From NCBI RefSeq assembly GCF_006345805.1, contig NC_042999.1:97712001-97776000 (forward strand): a stretch of 64,000 nt of DNA, in the 5' to 3' direction. Positions within the stretch are counted from its first letter, which is position 1. Every line of letters starts with the position of its first letter. Positions 25,382 through 39,833 of this stretch are shown here, in pieces. Made by a program: the position numbers and the translations under genes. This stretch comes from Octopus sinensis. Lineage: Eukaryota. The notes under the pieces are model-generated. The model was given only the letters and a program-made list of their open reading frames with translations, had not been told where the DNA came from and made no database searches.

Positions 25382-26003
25382 TTCGAAACTATCCAACAGA
25401 CCTTGATGAAACTTGACACATGTCGGTCACTTACGCACTTGGAATTTTTTAAAAAGTCAATTTTTAATCAACATCGAATATTCAAAAAGCGTAAAATTTC
25501 GGCATTTTTCTCACTAGCCATCGTGATATCAATTTAACGAAAAATGACGAAATTTGACGAAAAATGTTTCATGGTTATAAACAAACAGCTTGTCAACGGT
25601 AATCTCTTTAGCATTTGCTAATTCTTCATTTCAATGCGAATTGTTCTGATCTGCTAAACCCTATTATTTCAATTCGTTATTTTAATTCCCCTTTCAGGTT
25701 TTGATTAGGTAAGAGCATTTTATTTCTCAAGCAAAATTTAGGCATTTTGCGCGCTATCCGTCGTGACATCAATTTGATGAAATCTGCCCCAAAGCGTAAA
25801 ATGTCGCCATTTTATGCACATGTAGAAAAATGAAGACGATACGGGTTCGCTAACAGACTCTGCTCATTTTTTCGTCAAATTGGTCCTAGCCTTTAATATA
25901 GGTTCTAATTTTTTGAAAAATGCCGAAATTTGACGAAAAATGTTTCATAGCTATCAACAGACATCTTATTAACAATAATTTTTTTACTGGGTACCTCAGC
26001 TTG
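25380..26003 (+). mobile_element. Diverged non-autonomous Helitron-like element
   Basis: Shares tgatgaaacttgacaca with the 12293 element. Internal ~55-bp repeat aaatttgacgaaaaatgtttcat at ~25550 and ~25927. Ends ctgggtacctcagcttgt (decayed CTAG). Confidence 0.55.
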
Positions 26004-26030
26004 TATGTATGTGTGTGTGTGTGTGTATAA

Positions 26031-26124
<94 letters not shown>

Positions 26125-26147
26125 GTTTGTTGTGTGTATATATATCT

Positions 26148-26750
26148 TTTATCTTTTATCTTTTACTGGTTTCAGCCCAGGGCTGAGGTCATGCAGACGC
26201 ACCACCTGTTGTTACTCGGTGTTGTTTCCGATATTGTTTTTGATGAAGTAGCAAGCTGGAAGGAGTTGCTCTTCTTTGCGTTTCCTGCCGCAGTGTAGGT
26301 TAATCTGGTATCTCAGATAGAAATCTGTCCAGACATTCCTTGAAAACTTCCACATCAACACCATGTAGATCTCTAAGGTTGCCTGAAAGGACGTTGAACA
26401 ATTGCGGGCCCTTAAAACCCAGACTATTGAAGTACTGTGTCCTTATTTTGGATAGGGAAGACGGTATCTTTGGTATGATGCAATGCCGTCCATTTCGAGG
26501 ATTGGTAAAGCTATCAATTCTAAAATTGGGAGCTAAACCCTCCAAGATTTTCCAAATATATATCACCGCATGTTTCGCCTTCTCTCCAGGGAATAGAGAC
26601 TCAGCTCCTTTAGCCTCTTCCAGTAACACATCGTTTGCATCGAGTCAATCTTCTCTGTGTATTGGCACTAGATTGCTTCGAGTTCCACAAGTTTGTTTCA
26701 CACTCTCTGGGGACCATAGTTGGGAACAGTAGTTCAAGCGGTTGAGAACC
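26148..26750 (-). mobile_element. CR1-like LINE 3' fragment
   Basis: ORF 26300-26629 (YIWKILEGLAPN...GFKGPQLFNVL...FKECLDRFLSEIPD) is homologous to 61867-62679. Tail ctgaaaccagtaaaagataaaag. Confidence 0.85.
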
Positions 26751-27820
26751 AAAGTATATATATGTGTGTGTGTGTGTGTGTATATTATATTCTTCCTGTG
26801 CATGTATCGATTGTGTTATGGTTGCAAGGTGTTACAACCATGTGTACACATACATACATATATACATACACACATACACACATACATATATGTATATGTA
26901 CATATTTAGACAACTTCGATATGTTTCGACCAAAGATTGATCCAGGCCATGTCTAACTTAATAGCACCACCTGATAGGATTAGCTAAATCCTTTTAAAAT
27001 CAAGTTTTGTGGTATCATGTTCCATTCGAGTAGGGAGTTCTAGTTGAGTGAGTTATATCTAGGTATAAGTGGCTTATCGGGTATTCCTTGAAGAAATTTG
27101 TCCAGATTTCATTTAAATGTATATCTTTGTGTGTGTGTGTATGTGTTTGTATGTGTGTGTGTGTGTGTGTGTTTTGTGTGTGTGTGTGATAATTACGATA
27201 TGCTAATATGTTCTCACGCCCTGCTACCTACATACTCCACCTCAACGCTAACTTCCCCAAACACTAACCCTTAACAGGTTCCCAACAATTAGCGCCTCCA
27301 CTCCACCATCCCCACCCGTAACTAACTACTATGCTTCCACAACTATCCGCACTAACACAGTCTTTACGGCGACAATGGGTGGTGGAGGGCGCGGTTGGAT
27401 TCTCGCGGTTCTGAGCCTATAGTTCGTTCACAAGTTACATGATTTGCCATTCAGATTCTTAACCTGGCTTGCTGACTTCACGTGACTGTTTACGCTGCTC
27501 TGTGTGGGAGGTAAGTGGAGTTGGGTCTCAGTAAGGTGGTGATTGTGGTGGTATTGGTGGTATTGGTGGTGAAGGTGGTGATGGTGGTGATGGTGGTGGT
27601 GGTGGTAGTGATTGTGGTGGGATGTTAATGAGAGAGTACTATATGGGGAAGAAGTGAATAGCGGATAGTAGAAATTGGTAGCGGCGCTGGTGGTGGATAT
27701 ATGTGTGTGTGTGTGTGTGTGTAGTGGTAGATTGTGTGAATAACGCGCGCACATATATATGTGTGTGTGTGTTTGTGAGCCAATTTGAGTGTATAAGAAA
27801 GGGTGGGTAATATGTGTATG

Positions 27821-27851
<31 letters not shown>

Positions 27852-27900
27852 TTATATATATAAGTATACATATGTGTAGTGTATATATATATTATATACT

Positions 27901-27972
<72 letters not shown>

Positions 27973-28903
27973 ATAATATTATATATATGTATGAACATAT
28001 ATATATATATATATAATATATATTTGCGTTTGTTTCTGTTTATATATGATATATATATATATATAATTGTGCATGTGTGTGTCCATGTTTGTGTGTGTAT
28101 TTAACACATATACATCTGTGAGCAGAAATGCGTGTAAAAATAAAGGGATCATCTTACTAATGATATAATTTCAACATCAATGAAAGAAAAACAAAGATCA
28201 CTCCATAAGCCTAGATGGCGCTACAGCGTTAAACCAATATAACCCTTTCCACCACCACCACCACCACAACACCATCATCATCATTACCACTACTAACACC
28301 ATGACCTTTATCGCCACCACTACCACCATTGTCACCACCCTCACCACGATCATCACCATCAGTAACGAATCAACATTGAAAATCCTCCACGTGGTCGCTC
28401 GGCCCGCTAGAATTTTGGCAACTTGATCTCCTTCACATCATCATCGTCAACATCGTCGTCATCACCGCCACCGTCACCACCATCCTCATCACCATTCCCA
28501 CACCACCCCTGTCCTCATCATCGTCGTCGCCGCCGCAGCCACTACCACCACCACCACCAACAACAACAACAGCAGCATCAACATCACCAACATTAGTTCA
28601 TTCAAAAACATTACCATCACCACCCGGCCATCGTCATCAACTGCACTACCACTACCACAACTGCCATTACTAAACACTACCACCATCACCACCACCACTA
28701 TCCTGGATTCGATATTAAAATTTGTTGTATTTCTTCCTAATTAAATTCTTTCATGTGGGACACCAGTGCCGCCAGCTTTGATGTGGAATGAATCTCCTGG
28801 TGTTTCACAGGAAACTGGACGCCTTCACTGTTGTTAAATTTCCCAGTTGCCACACACCGGAAACGCTGCATGTTTTGTCCTAGATTACTTCCCCTGGTGT
28901 GTG

Positions 28904-28935
<32 letters not shown>

Positions 28936-29048
28936 TGTATGTATGTATGTATGTATGTATGTATGTATGTGTGTGTGTGTGTGTGTGTGTACACATACAT
29001 ATATATATATATGCATTATGTGTACATATGTATGTGTATGTGTATGTG

Positions 29049-29091
<43 letters not shown>

Positions 29092-29658
29092 ACATGTGTA
29101 TATATAAATATATATTTACATGCCCATACACACGCACACACAGTCACATACACACACAACATGCATACATATATATGCTTATACATATGATGCGCGCCCA
29201 TGAGGAGCTGCAATCTACATAGTCAAATATTCTTCTATTAATAGCAGCGAAATATGTAAAATTTCAGCTTTAAAAATATATAAGATAACATAGATTTAGA
29301 TACAGTATATTTGAATAAAAGACGAGCTTGTCAATGCTGGAGCTCCATGAATCATAACCGTTTTCCATCAGTGCTTAAGCAACAGCCAGTCCTCATGGAT
29401 CTTTCAATGAATGATCAATATTACAATGGCCTGGGTCAAATGTCGGGACTAATTAAAGAGACCAATGATTAATGATTTTCTAACCATGGTCATCCCGATT
29501 TTTTAAATATGTTTTTAGTCACCTAATATATCTTTTTTATCTTAAAATGAAATGTGAGAGAAATTTGGTCACTATTTCTGACAAAGAAAGCAACTGTTTG
29601 TTTCCGGATTGTTTTTTTAACGTATTTCTTTAACTTACTTTATTTTTAACTTATTATT

Positions 29659-29696
<38 letters not shown>

Positions 29697-29698
29697 TG

Positions 29699-29984
29699 TG
29701 AGGTCGTATGGTTTAGTGGTTAGGGTGTTGCGTTCACGGTTGTGATTTCAATTCCTAGACTGAGTGGTGTGTTGTGTTCTTGAGCAAAACACTTCATTTC
29801 GCGTTGCTCTACGATCACTTCGACACCTAACACATAATACACCTGCTCAAATTCAGACAACGTCGATTCGTTGGAGAGAGTTAGCTAATATGCGGCACGA
29901 ACATATGATCACTATAAACAAATCGTTCGTGCAGGTCGTTCGGCAAAAGCTGAACGCTCATACGTCGTCTCCGACGGGAGTGTT
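29699..29984 (+). mobile_element. tRNA-derived SINE family D
   Basis: Head gaggtcgtatggtttagtggttagggtg...gatttcaattcc, then ttgtgttcttgagcaaaacacttc. Second copy at 52063. Confidence 0.8.
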
Positions 29985-30129
29985 CATCATTATTATTATT
30001 AACGTTATTATTACTTAGTTTTATACAAGCTATTTCAAGTTTCAAACAGAGAACTCAAGTAACAGCAAGTTGGACGTTTTCCTATGAGTATTATTTATGA
30101 CAAGCAATTTGCTGTACAGGAAGGGGACC

Positions 30130-31400
30130 AAAATCTGAGAACGAAGACTGTTTTAAATTTGTAATATTTAAGTTTTGAAAAAAAAATTAAGAGAATCGGG
30201 TATTTTCAAAGATGACAATGTTTTTCTTAAGATGTGGACAGTACCCAGGAGAACAATGTCTTTTAGTTTGATGCCTTGGGTTTCCAGGTATTTGGCTACA
30301 GTGTTTAAGAGAGCTTTTGATATGGTCCCCAAAGCGCCGATGATCACAGATACAGGTGTTGTTCTTAGATGCCACATTTTTGAGATCTCTATTTCAAGGT
30401 CCTTATATTTACTTAACTTTTCAAATGTTTTTACAGAAGTGTTGCAGTCTGCTGGGATTGACATATCTATGAACAGACATGTTTTTTCAACGTGATTTTT
30501 TTACCACAATATCTTATCTATCCCCTGTATAACATGATCAGTTTGGGTACTAAATTCCCCCAAAACGGTGATATCTTTATTTTTTACTGTTTTGGCGGGC
30601 TTGTGTTCCCACCAGTTCTCCTCATATGGGAGTCCAAACTTGCAGCATATAACCCGGTTCAAATACTGACCAAATGTGTCATGACGATTAACATATTCAT
30701 GTAAGGCTAGTATAGAGAATCCAGAGATGGGGTGATCAATTGCTTCCCTGGCTGCGCCACAAAAGTAGCAGGCCGGATCAGCACCATTTTTAAGAATGTT
30801 TCTGATTTAAGTCCAGATGTAGTCAACTATTGATGGGTTATATTTATATCTACATAAGGATCGCTGGCCGTTCTAAGGTATTTGCTATGCAATGCCTTAC
30901 ATGTATTTCGCAGTACTGAAACTCTATTTGAAATAACTTGTAGTTTTGTGTCGCACCTCAGTCTCGGTGATCCTCAGTTCCTGTACCTAATTCTTTGCTT
31001 CTTCGGATACTGAGGACATTTTTTGAACTTTCATATCTGCAGACAAGTATCCAATCGTTGGTGTTCTTTAAATAGGCGTCTTCCCCTATAACTGTTGTCT
31101 TTAGAGACAATTGCAGCCGCATCAGTCCATGTCCTCCAGCCTTTCGTTGGTTGCATATTCTATCTACATCTGGTTTTGGGTGATGTACGCGGTGTATTGT
31201 GAGGAGCTAGCGTATTTTTCTATTAATTTTACTGATGTTACTGATTGACTATTTTATGATGTAAAATCTGTAGAACAAAGCAGGTATAGCTAAAGTATTG
31301 ATTGAATCAGTCCTGTTTCTCGCATTAAGTTCGCTCTTAAGGATGGCTCTAATTCTACGGTAACATTCTTTATTTGTATTGGATGCCATTCCTAGTTTCT
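30130..31400 (-). mobile_element. R4/Dong-clade LINE 3' fragment, degraded
   Basis: ORF 30168-30464 (EKLSKYKDLEIEISKMWHLRTTPVSVIIGALG) is homologous to the C-terminus of the 3657 element. Confidence 0.85.
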
Positions 31401-32239
31401 TTGAGATTAACCAAGGAACCGACGAGCGACAATTGTTTGTCCCAGAGAGATTTATATCTCGAGAACCACGATTTTAAACTTGTGTGGAGAAGGGTGAAAT
31501 TTCTCACAGGTGCTGGACAATTTTCAGGATTCCAAAGAAATATTTAAGGATTCTGATAAGGAAATTAGCTTGTGCTTGAAAAATCCAAAATTTCTATTGA
31601 AGAATTCAATCTCTTGTTCAATTTGTTTTATTTAATATTGGTTTTGAAGATGCTAATTATAAATGCTGTGCAATAAATAATATTTTTTCTTATTATATGT
31701 CGGGTGAAATCAGGTTGGAAAACCAGTAAAATTTGGACGAGGAATATTTAGAAAAACGCTTAAGAATATTTGCTCTAAGCTATTTTGTTTCATTCCAATA
31801 TTCCATGTCTGTGGCATTGAGCAGTAACATTTATTCACTCAAGTTCCATCCAGTTGGAGATATATATCTCAGAGGAAGTTACATTTTACTAACAGCTTGA
31901 ATGGTACAAGCAGTGTATAACTGATTCGTATTTGATTAGCTTGCCACATTGATACTGATTAAATAGTTATTGTAGATGGACCGGATAGGACTGGACTGGC
32001 GAGCCAGGATATGTCCATTTGTTGCATTCATCGTGCGCGCGCACACACACACACACATATTCATACACCCTCAATATTACTTAATAACTGGTTCTAAATT
32101 GATTAGGCACAATAACAGCAATATGAAAAATAAGTATAAAAATAATAGCTCTATGAAAGCTTAGGTGAGGCTAATCATAACAACAACGCGCAGACTGCCC
32201 GAAAGGCGACTCCAAAGACCTCACTAGAATCACGAGCCA

Positions 32240-33005
32240 ATGAGGCAGTCTATGCGTGGTCGCTTGATCTGCTAAAAATAGCAGCTCAAATACCCTTAAA
32301 TCGTAACCTCCAAGCGTCTTAGAAAAGAACACGACGAATAATGTAATCCTGAATTCCCGTCATATTGGAACAAAATGAGACGTTCACGAATGGAATGCCT
32401 TTGATCGTGGATCTTCAATATTATGGTTGACCTGGGGTTAAAAAAAAGCAAGACCATCCCCAACAGTAATAGCATTGATATAATCAGAAATGAAGGTATA
32501 CCTGGCCACATGACCTGTTAGAAATAGGAATTAAATATCTCTCAAATCCACAGCCTGCTATCTTAAGTAAGAAAGAAATACATTAGATAACAAGAAAGGC
32601 AGGATAGTCATGGCCGTAATCCTTTATCATAGATTTATTCAATTAAAGCTGACTTAGAGATAAATAGCAATAACAACAATAACAATCTTCAACAAAACTT
32701 CCACAGCTAATACTGCATTCAACATCACCTCCTACCACAACCACCACAACAACTCCATCAACTCTACCACCATAACCGTCAGCACCAGCAAGTGCCAACA
32801 AGGGAGGCCACCAAGTGGTCATTTGGCTAACTAAAAATAACAGTTATATCTTTTTTTTTAGCCTTCCATTTTAGTAAAGAACACGTTTGAATAATGTAAT
32901 CCTGGGTGTCCAGCATATAAGAAAAAAGACGGTTTGATTACTGTTTGGTATGACTTTGATCATTGGTCTGCGTTATCAGGGCGGACCTGAAGTTAAACAA
33001 CAACA
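32240..33005 (+). mobile_element. Three tandem diverged copies of a ~200-bp interspersed repeat (family F) with (CAA)n-like tails
   Basis: Motif order gtggtc..tgcta.aaatagcag...gataatgta.tcct...ggatggtca...tttgatcat...tgacct.g.gttaaa. Other copies near 23330, 24830, 29210 and 46500 (+), and near 20900 and 29430 (-). Confidence 0.7.
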
Positions 33006-33428
33006 AGAACAGCAGTACCAACGACAACAACAACAGCAATAGCAGCAACAACAACAAACACAGCAATAACGTAGCAATAATAACAACAACAACAACAACC
33101 AATCAAAGCTAACACAACTCATCGATTGTTCAACATTTGATTTGCCAGTGTAAAGCGAGTAATCGACATCCGGAAAAATTTATATCCGGGTGTTTTATAG
33201 TTATCGACACTCAGTATGCTGTGTTAGAAAAAAAAACCATTGATAAAATTTGGCATCATTGGGATGTAGAGCCAGTTGGTGGGGATGGAGATGGAGATGA
33301 GAAGAATTATGATAGATTAGGTGTTGTAGTGTGAGATAACGTATGTGTCTCTATGTTGGACATATACAGTGTGTGTGTGCTTGTGTGTGTATTAGGCTTC
33401 TACGGGCATGACTCTACTTGCATATATG

Positions 33429-33475
<47 letters not shown>

Positions 33476-34238
33476 GTATGTATGTATATGCATATATATA
33501 TATATATATATATGTCTATCTATCTCTATATGTATGTGTGAGTGTATGTGTATGTATGTATGTATGCATGTATGTATGTATGTAGGTATGTATGTATGTA
33601 TGTATGTATGTATACGTCAAACAATTGATCTTTCTGTAACTCAAGCATCTAACTTGTATGTCATTTATTATAAACCTTCGTTTTTCGTTTTCAATTACAT
33701 GCCACTGGCTCCTCAGAGTTATGTTTCTTAGTTTACATTCACTTCATTTATGAAAATTTCCCAAGCCATAAATGTGTTTTACTCCTTTTATTTTTCTACA
33801 TATCTACGTGTCCCATCTACCGAATGTAACATAGGAAAACTGCTGTGCTGATGACGCCTACTTAGACAGAAGTACAAATCCACAGCTGTCCTCATATTTC
33901 CAGACAATAGGGTTTTTCCACAATGGCGCGTCAATGTTGGAAAATTCTTGATTCTTGAGATTATTCCCACCATCTCATTTGCAGACGAATAGTCTACATT
34001 CTCTGGAAGCATGGACAATTTCTATATCTCAAGAATATATGTTGTACGTTATTTAATATATGCTTATTTGCATATGTTGTTCAAATGCATCACACTGGCT
34101 GCTCCGTGTTATTTCTCAACTCATTTTTGTTTCATGTGAATGAAAGCAAGGAAGTCAGAATAGAATTTTCTTTTAACCTTTCTTCTTTTTCTTGTTTCAC
34201 TCATGTGGGAGGATAAACACAAAGACGCACACGCACGT

Positions 34239-34286
<48 letters not shown>

Positions 34287-34455
34287 AGGCCCGTCGCCAG
34301 ACTTTGATACCTGGGGTTGCTTCAGAATAATGCTGATGTGGAGTTTGAAATAAGTGTATCATTGTAAATCTGCACCACTAAATAGTGTGGGGGCAGTGCC
34401 GTCCAGAGTACCCTTTAGCGACAGATATGCACACACACACACACACACACACACG

Positions 34456-34493
<38 letters not shown>

Positions 34494-34539
34494 ATATATA
34501 TATATATATATATGCCCAATCTTTCAGTTGTTCTCACGG

Positions 34540-34915
34540 CTAAACTGCGTTCGAAATATTACTTCTTGTCATAATGAATTATTTAGCAACATGAGCGCCA
34601 TGTGAGACCTCTAAGACTGTGACAGCTAGGACCACCCAAACATTACTAGGGTCTTACGGCATACAAGGTGAAAGGTTGATGGTGTGGACGCTAGCATCTT
34701 CGGATCTCAACCCTATCGAAAATCTTTGGGTCTTCATTAAACAAGATTTTTATGCTGATGGACGCCAATTTGCGTTGAAAGGTGTCTTACAGGCGACCAT
34801 CAAAGCTGCAGCAGAGGCAGTCCAACCTGCTACTATTAAGGAATTGACAGATTCTATGACTAATAGGGTTTTTGAAGTTATCCGTCGAAATGGCACTCAT
34901 GCGACTAAATACTTC
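34540..34915 (+). mobile_element. Tc1-like transposase C-terminal fragment
   Basis: ORF 34619-34981 reads MVWTLASSDLNPIENLW...LTDSMTNRVFEVIRRNG. Confidence 0.85.
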
Positions 34916-35054
34916 ATTATGCCAATAAAAGTTATAATATTATTATGGTTTTCTTTTAGATATATACTCAATGTATGTTAAATATGTATCATTACTCTTA
35001 ATTTTCTGGATGGGCTATTTTCATTCAAAAGCTATTAGCGTGGACTTCCATCAC

Positions 35055-35217
35055 ACGATGGACTTCCACACAGTTTCTGTCTGCCAAATATCCTCACAAC
35101 ATATTAGTCGGCCCGGAGCTACAGTAGAAGACACCCATGTTGCCGCACCGTTGAACTGAACCCAAAACCACCAAACCCCAAAGCGAGCTTCTTAACCATA
35201 CAGCCATGCCTGTACCT
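35055..35217 (-). mobile_element. SINE family A 5' half, diverged
   Basis: cagtttctgtctgccaaat...gtagaagacac...aactgaaccc...catacagccatgcctgtacct. Confidence 0.7.
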
Positions 35218-35437
35218 CAGTGCTTTTCAACATTTTTGCTGGAGCGGAACCCCAAGGAATCATTCCACTGGCTCGAGGAACCCCTGTGCAATAATTTAAT
35301 AGTCTTATGCACACATATCTGCACAGGAGAATTAAGAATTACTGCCGATTTTAGCAGTTTTGTAACTTCTTGCGGAACCCCCTGGACTGTACTGGCGGAA
35401 CCCTAAGGTTCCGCGGAGCCCTGGTTGAAAACCACTG
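35218..35437. mobile_element. hAT-superfamily MITE, 220 bp
   Basis: TIRs cagtgcttttcaac / gttgaaaaccactg. Perfect 8-bp TSD ctgtacct at 35210-35217 and 35438-35445. Subterminal gcggaaccc repeats. Confidence 0.93.
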
Positions 35438-36240
35438 CTGTACCTATACGTAATCCAAACCTTTGTAATGTTTTCGTTAGAACATTACCGAGGGTCAGTT
35501 ACGGATCCACACTGATCTGGGATTACGCTGAATACCAAAGACCTAATGCCCTTCCCCACAGCTCTGCTCCATGGTCCACAATGATCAGCTGCTTCATTTA
35601 TTTCCGAAGTATTCATGTAGCTTGGATCCGTTTGTTTTTTTTTGTTTTTTTACTAACCGTCTAAAAATGATACGAAAGTAGGATGTCTTGTTGCGGCGTC
35701 CATGTCATTTCCACATCTCGTTAGACGCGCAACTTTTATAAAAGAATATCATTGGCTCCAACAAAGGAGTTGAAAATGAAATCACCAGGTATTGATTTGT
35801 CAGAAGTTTACTCCTGGTTCAACTACAGCTCGCAACTAGGAAGATATATTTAATATTAGCCATTGTTCAATGTGTGTTGTTTCGAGCGCGGGCATACACA
35901 CACATGCACACACGCGCGCACGCACACACAACTACGTCGAAAGACACACTTATACAAATGCACAATTTGATTTCAGAATATTCTACATTCGATAAAGCCG
36001 AATATAATTTGTAAAGATTTTTTCCCCAGACATCCAACTCTTGTGCCCACCACCATCACCTACTCCATCTCTTTCTCTCTCTCTCTCACTCGCTGACTCA
36101 GATTCACTAACTCTGCCACTCTCCCTTTCTTTGAATATATATATATATATATATATTATATGTATGTATATATATATATATTATATATATATATATAATA
36201 TATGTATGTATGTATGTATGTATGTATATATATATATATG

Positions 36241-36273
<33 letters not shown>

Positions 36274-36346
36274 TTATATATATATATATTATATATATAT
36301 ATATTATATATATATATATATATATAATTATTATATATATATATAA

Positions 36347-36417
<71 letters not shown>

Positions 36418-36501
36418 ATCATCCCATCTTCGCCTATTCCTACATTTTTTCATTCTTTCTGTCACTTTAACTTTATGTCTCTGTCCGTTTGTCTATCTAT
36501 G

Positions 36502-36582
<81 letters not shown>

Positions 36583-37452
36583 TGACGCGCTCATACATAA
36601 GCATATCATATACGGATCTACCCCTTCTCTCTCACTCTTTCTGTCTCTCTTCCTCTGTTTCACTTTTCATAAATACACTTTCTCTAATGGTCACTCTATC
36701 TCTATCTCTCTCTTTCTCTCTCTTCTTTCCTTCAAACCACACACACACATACACACATATCCAAGTTCTTCTAGTACTCCCTCTAACTGCTACTCTTTCA
36801 TTCCCTTTGATTTTTCTCTTTCATCTCTTTGATCTCTACATCTCTCTCTATCTCCCTCCTTTACTCAGATTAATTCTCTTTCTCTTTCTCTCTCTCTCTC
36901 TTTCACTTACTATCTCTCTCTTCCACTCTTACTCAGTCTAACTATATCTCTGTCTGTCTGTCTACCCTTCTCTCTCTTCTTCTCTCCTCCTTTCTCTCTC
37001 TCTCTCTAAACAACTCTATCATTATTTCTTTCTTCTTTGCCTTTGATCTTCACCATTCCCCCCACACTCTTTCTTCGCCTCTCATTCTATCTTTTCTTCA
37101 TCACTCACTATTACACACACACATGCACGCACGCACGCACACACACACACACACACACCATACACATAATATCTGTTTCTCTCCTAATTTTTCTCTCTCT
37201 CTCTCCATTACCTTTCATTGCCTTTCATCTATCAAACCCCCCCATCTTTCCCTTTCGCCCCCTTCCTTAATTCCCTTCATCCTCTTTGTGACTCACTCCA
37301 CAGCATCCTCTCTCCCTCCCTCTTTCCCTCTCTCTCTCTCTCTCTCTTTCTCTATCCATCTACTTTATCCATTTCCTTTTCTCCTTCCTCCACAAGAGCC
37401 ATAACGCAGCACCATTACCATTAATATCTCAAAACCGCTTCTGTTATACATA

Positions 37453-37503
<51 letters not shown>

Positions 37504-37533
37504 CATCATATATATATATATATATATATATTA

Positions 37534-37579
<46 letters not shown>

Positions 37580-37734
37580 TAAGATATGTATATGTATGTA
37601 TCAATGTACGTACGTATGCATAAGCATATTTGTATACATGCAAACCTATACACACACTGCTTTCCAACGATACTATTCCACTTGACTTCCCTTTCGTCGT
37701 GTATGCCTGTCTTTATATTCTTCCTTCTTGGATA

Positions 37735-37790
<56 letters not shown>

Positions 37791-37869
37791 ATATATATAT
37801 ATATATATAATATTTGCACCTGACTTGGTTATTCCAATTTTCTATTTACATATCTTTTAATCTATCTGC

Positions 37870-37962
<93 letters not shown>

Positions 37963-38166
37963 ATTCTAGTTATACATGCTTACATACATGCATGCATGCA
38001 TGTATGTATGTGTGAATGTATGGCTGTTTTTATTTTTGTAAACATATATATTTGGAGAATAAGGAGAAGAGTAATTAAAATGGTATTCCTACCTCTAAGA
38101 GACAGAGAACCCAGAATGTCACTAGAATAACCACTATGGATGTTAAAAGGTCCACTGCCACAATGA

Positions 38167-38218
<52 letters not shown>

Positions 38219-38375
38219 CTTCCTTAGACGTCACTTGAAAGCTTGTATGAGGTGGTGACTTATACCACGATTTCGCTCGTTTTAGGAGCCTATTTTAGTC
38301 GCTATCAGACAGAGATGTCCTTCCTCTCAGCCATCCCATCCTTAACCCAATAGAACATCAAGAATGTAACAGCTG

Positions 38376-38407
<32 letters not shown>

Positions 38408-38563
38408 GAGAGCGCTGCTCTTGGGCTAGACTAGAATTTATGTACAGCAGAGTAGACTGGAGTAACGGGAAATGAAATCCTTTTGCCAAGGATGCAATGT
38501 GCCACTCGGTCCACGAATCGAACCAATAGTCGTGGGAGCACTCGTCTTACAGTTCTCATCCTG

Positions 38564-38617
<54 letters not shown>

Positions 38618-38989
38618 ACTCTCTCTCTTTCTCTCGCTCGTTCACTCACTCTCTCTCTCTCTCTTTCCCTCATTCCCTCCCTCCTTGTATGTTATATATG
38701 CGCTCGCCTCTTCTCAATAGCGCAATAACTGTTTTTCATTTAACATATTTTGCAATCTCGTGACGTTGTCGATAGTATTATCTGGCAACCACGAAAATTC
38801 ATGTACTCGTGACCATTAAGTGACGATTGGTAGGTAACTTGCAAGTTTCCTATTTAATTTTGGTCCAGGCTACTTTACCAACCCTATTTTATCAATATAT
38901 TTACTGTCACCAACGGTTACCTACATATCCCCGGTACGCACCGTCTTTACATTGCCTTAATACAATTGGGTGAAACTGTTGTTCGAACC

Positions 38990-39480
38990 CTCTTGTCAGT
39001 CCTGCACTGTAGTAGGATACCCATCAGCTTCTTCGTGGTTATCGTCGATCCCTAGTACACGGCATCAAGGAGGAGGTGATTCCATTCTTCTTTGTTAGTG
39101 CTCTTGAATAGCAGCAGCAACGTCCATGGTGTTAGACTCAATGGCTTGCTAGTTAGCGTTGAAGCTGCTTCTGTTGTTGTACCCTTGCTTCCTTTCCTTG
39201 TTTTGTCTCTTCTTCCAGCCCATCACACACTTAACAACTGGGTCGTCTGCAAACCATCCAATCTCATTAACCTCCTTGTTGACGTACAGCTTTGATTTAA
39301 CGTTGTGGAGTTTTTTGGTGGGCTGAGACCACCAGATCATAAACTTCCATGCAGAACTCAGCCCATCACATCTTGTTATATATAAGCTCTGCGCGCATCA
39401 CCTGCCCGTACTGTACCCTATAGACAATGCCAAACATATCAGGTCCTTTATATTTTTTCTCATATACTGCGGCACCAGTA
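38990..39480 (-). mobile_element. RTE-clade LINE 3' fragment, highly degraded
   Basis: Minus-strand remnants (WWSQPTKKLH..., MRLDG..., PVVKCVMGW...RKQG) follow the RTE C-terminal pattern W..H.T...LY...RR.R.AG...W.P...R..G. Confidence 0.55.
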
Positions 39481-39503
39481 CACACACACACATACACACA
39501 CAC

Positions 39504-39628
<125 letters not shown>

Positions 39629-39730
39629 CATACATACATACATACATACATACATACATACATAGACAGGTAGGTAGGTAGGTAAGTAGGTAGGTAGGTA
39701 GGTAGATAGATAGATAGATAGGTAGGTAGG

Positions 39731-39833
<103 letters not shown>

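Noticed and set aside
26914-27087. Minus-strand hammerhead-like layout CCGATAA-GCCA...TGGTC-GAAACATATC
   Set aside because: Two core mismatches without compensation and no convincing stem I. At best a dead relic.
33788-34018. Non-repetitive short ORFs (also 43384-43599, 52895-53113 and ~48420-48580)
   Set aside because: No recognisable domain and no consistent splice-site pairs. Lengths are within chance expectation.
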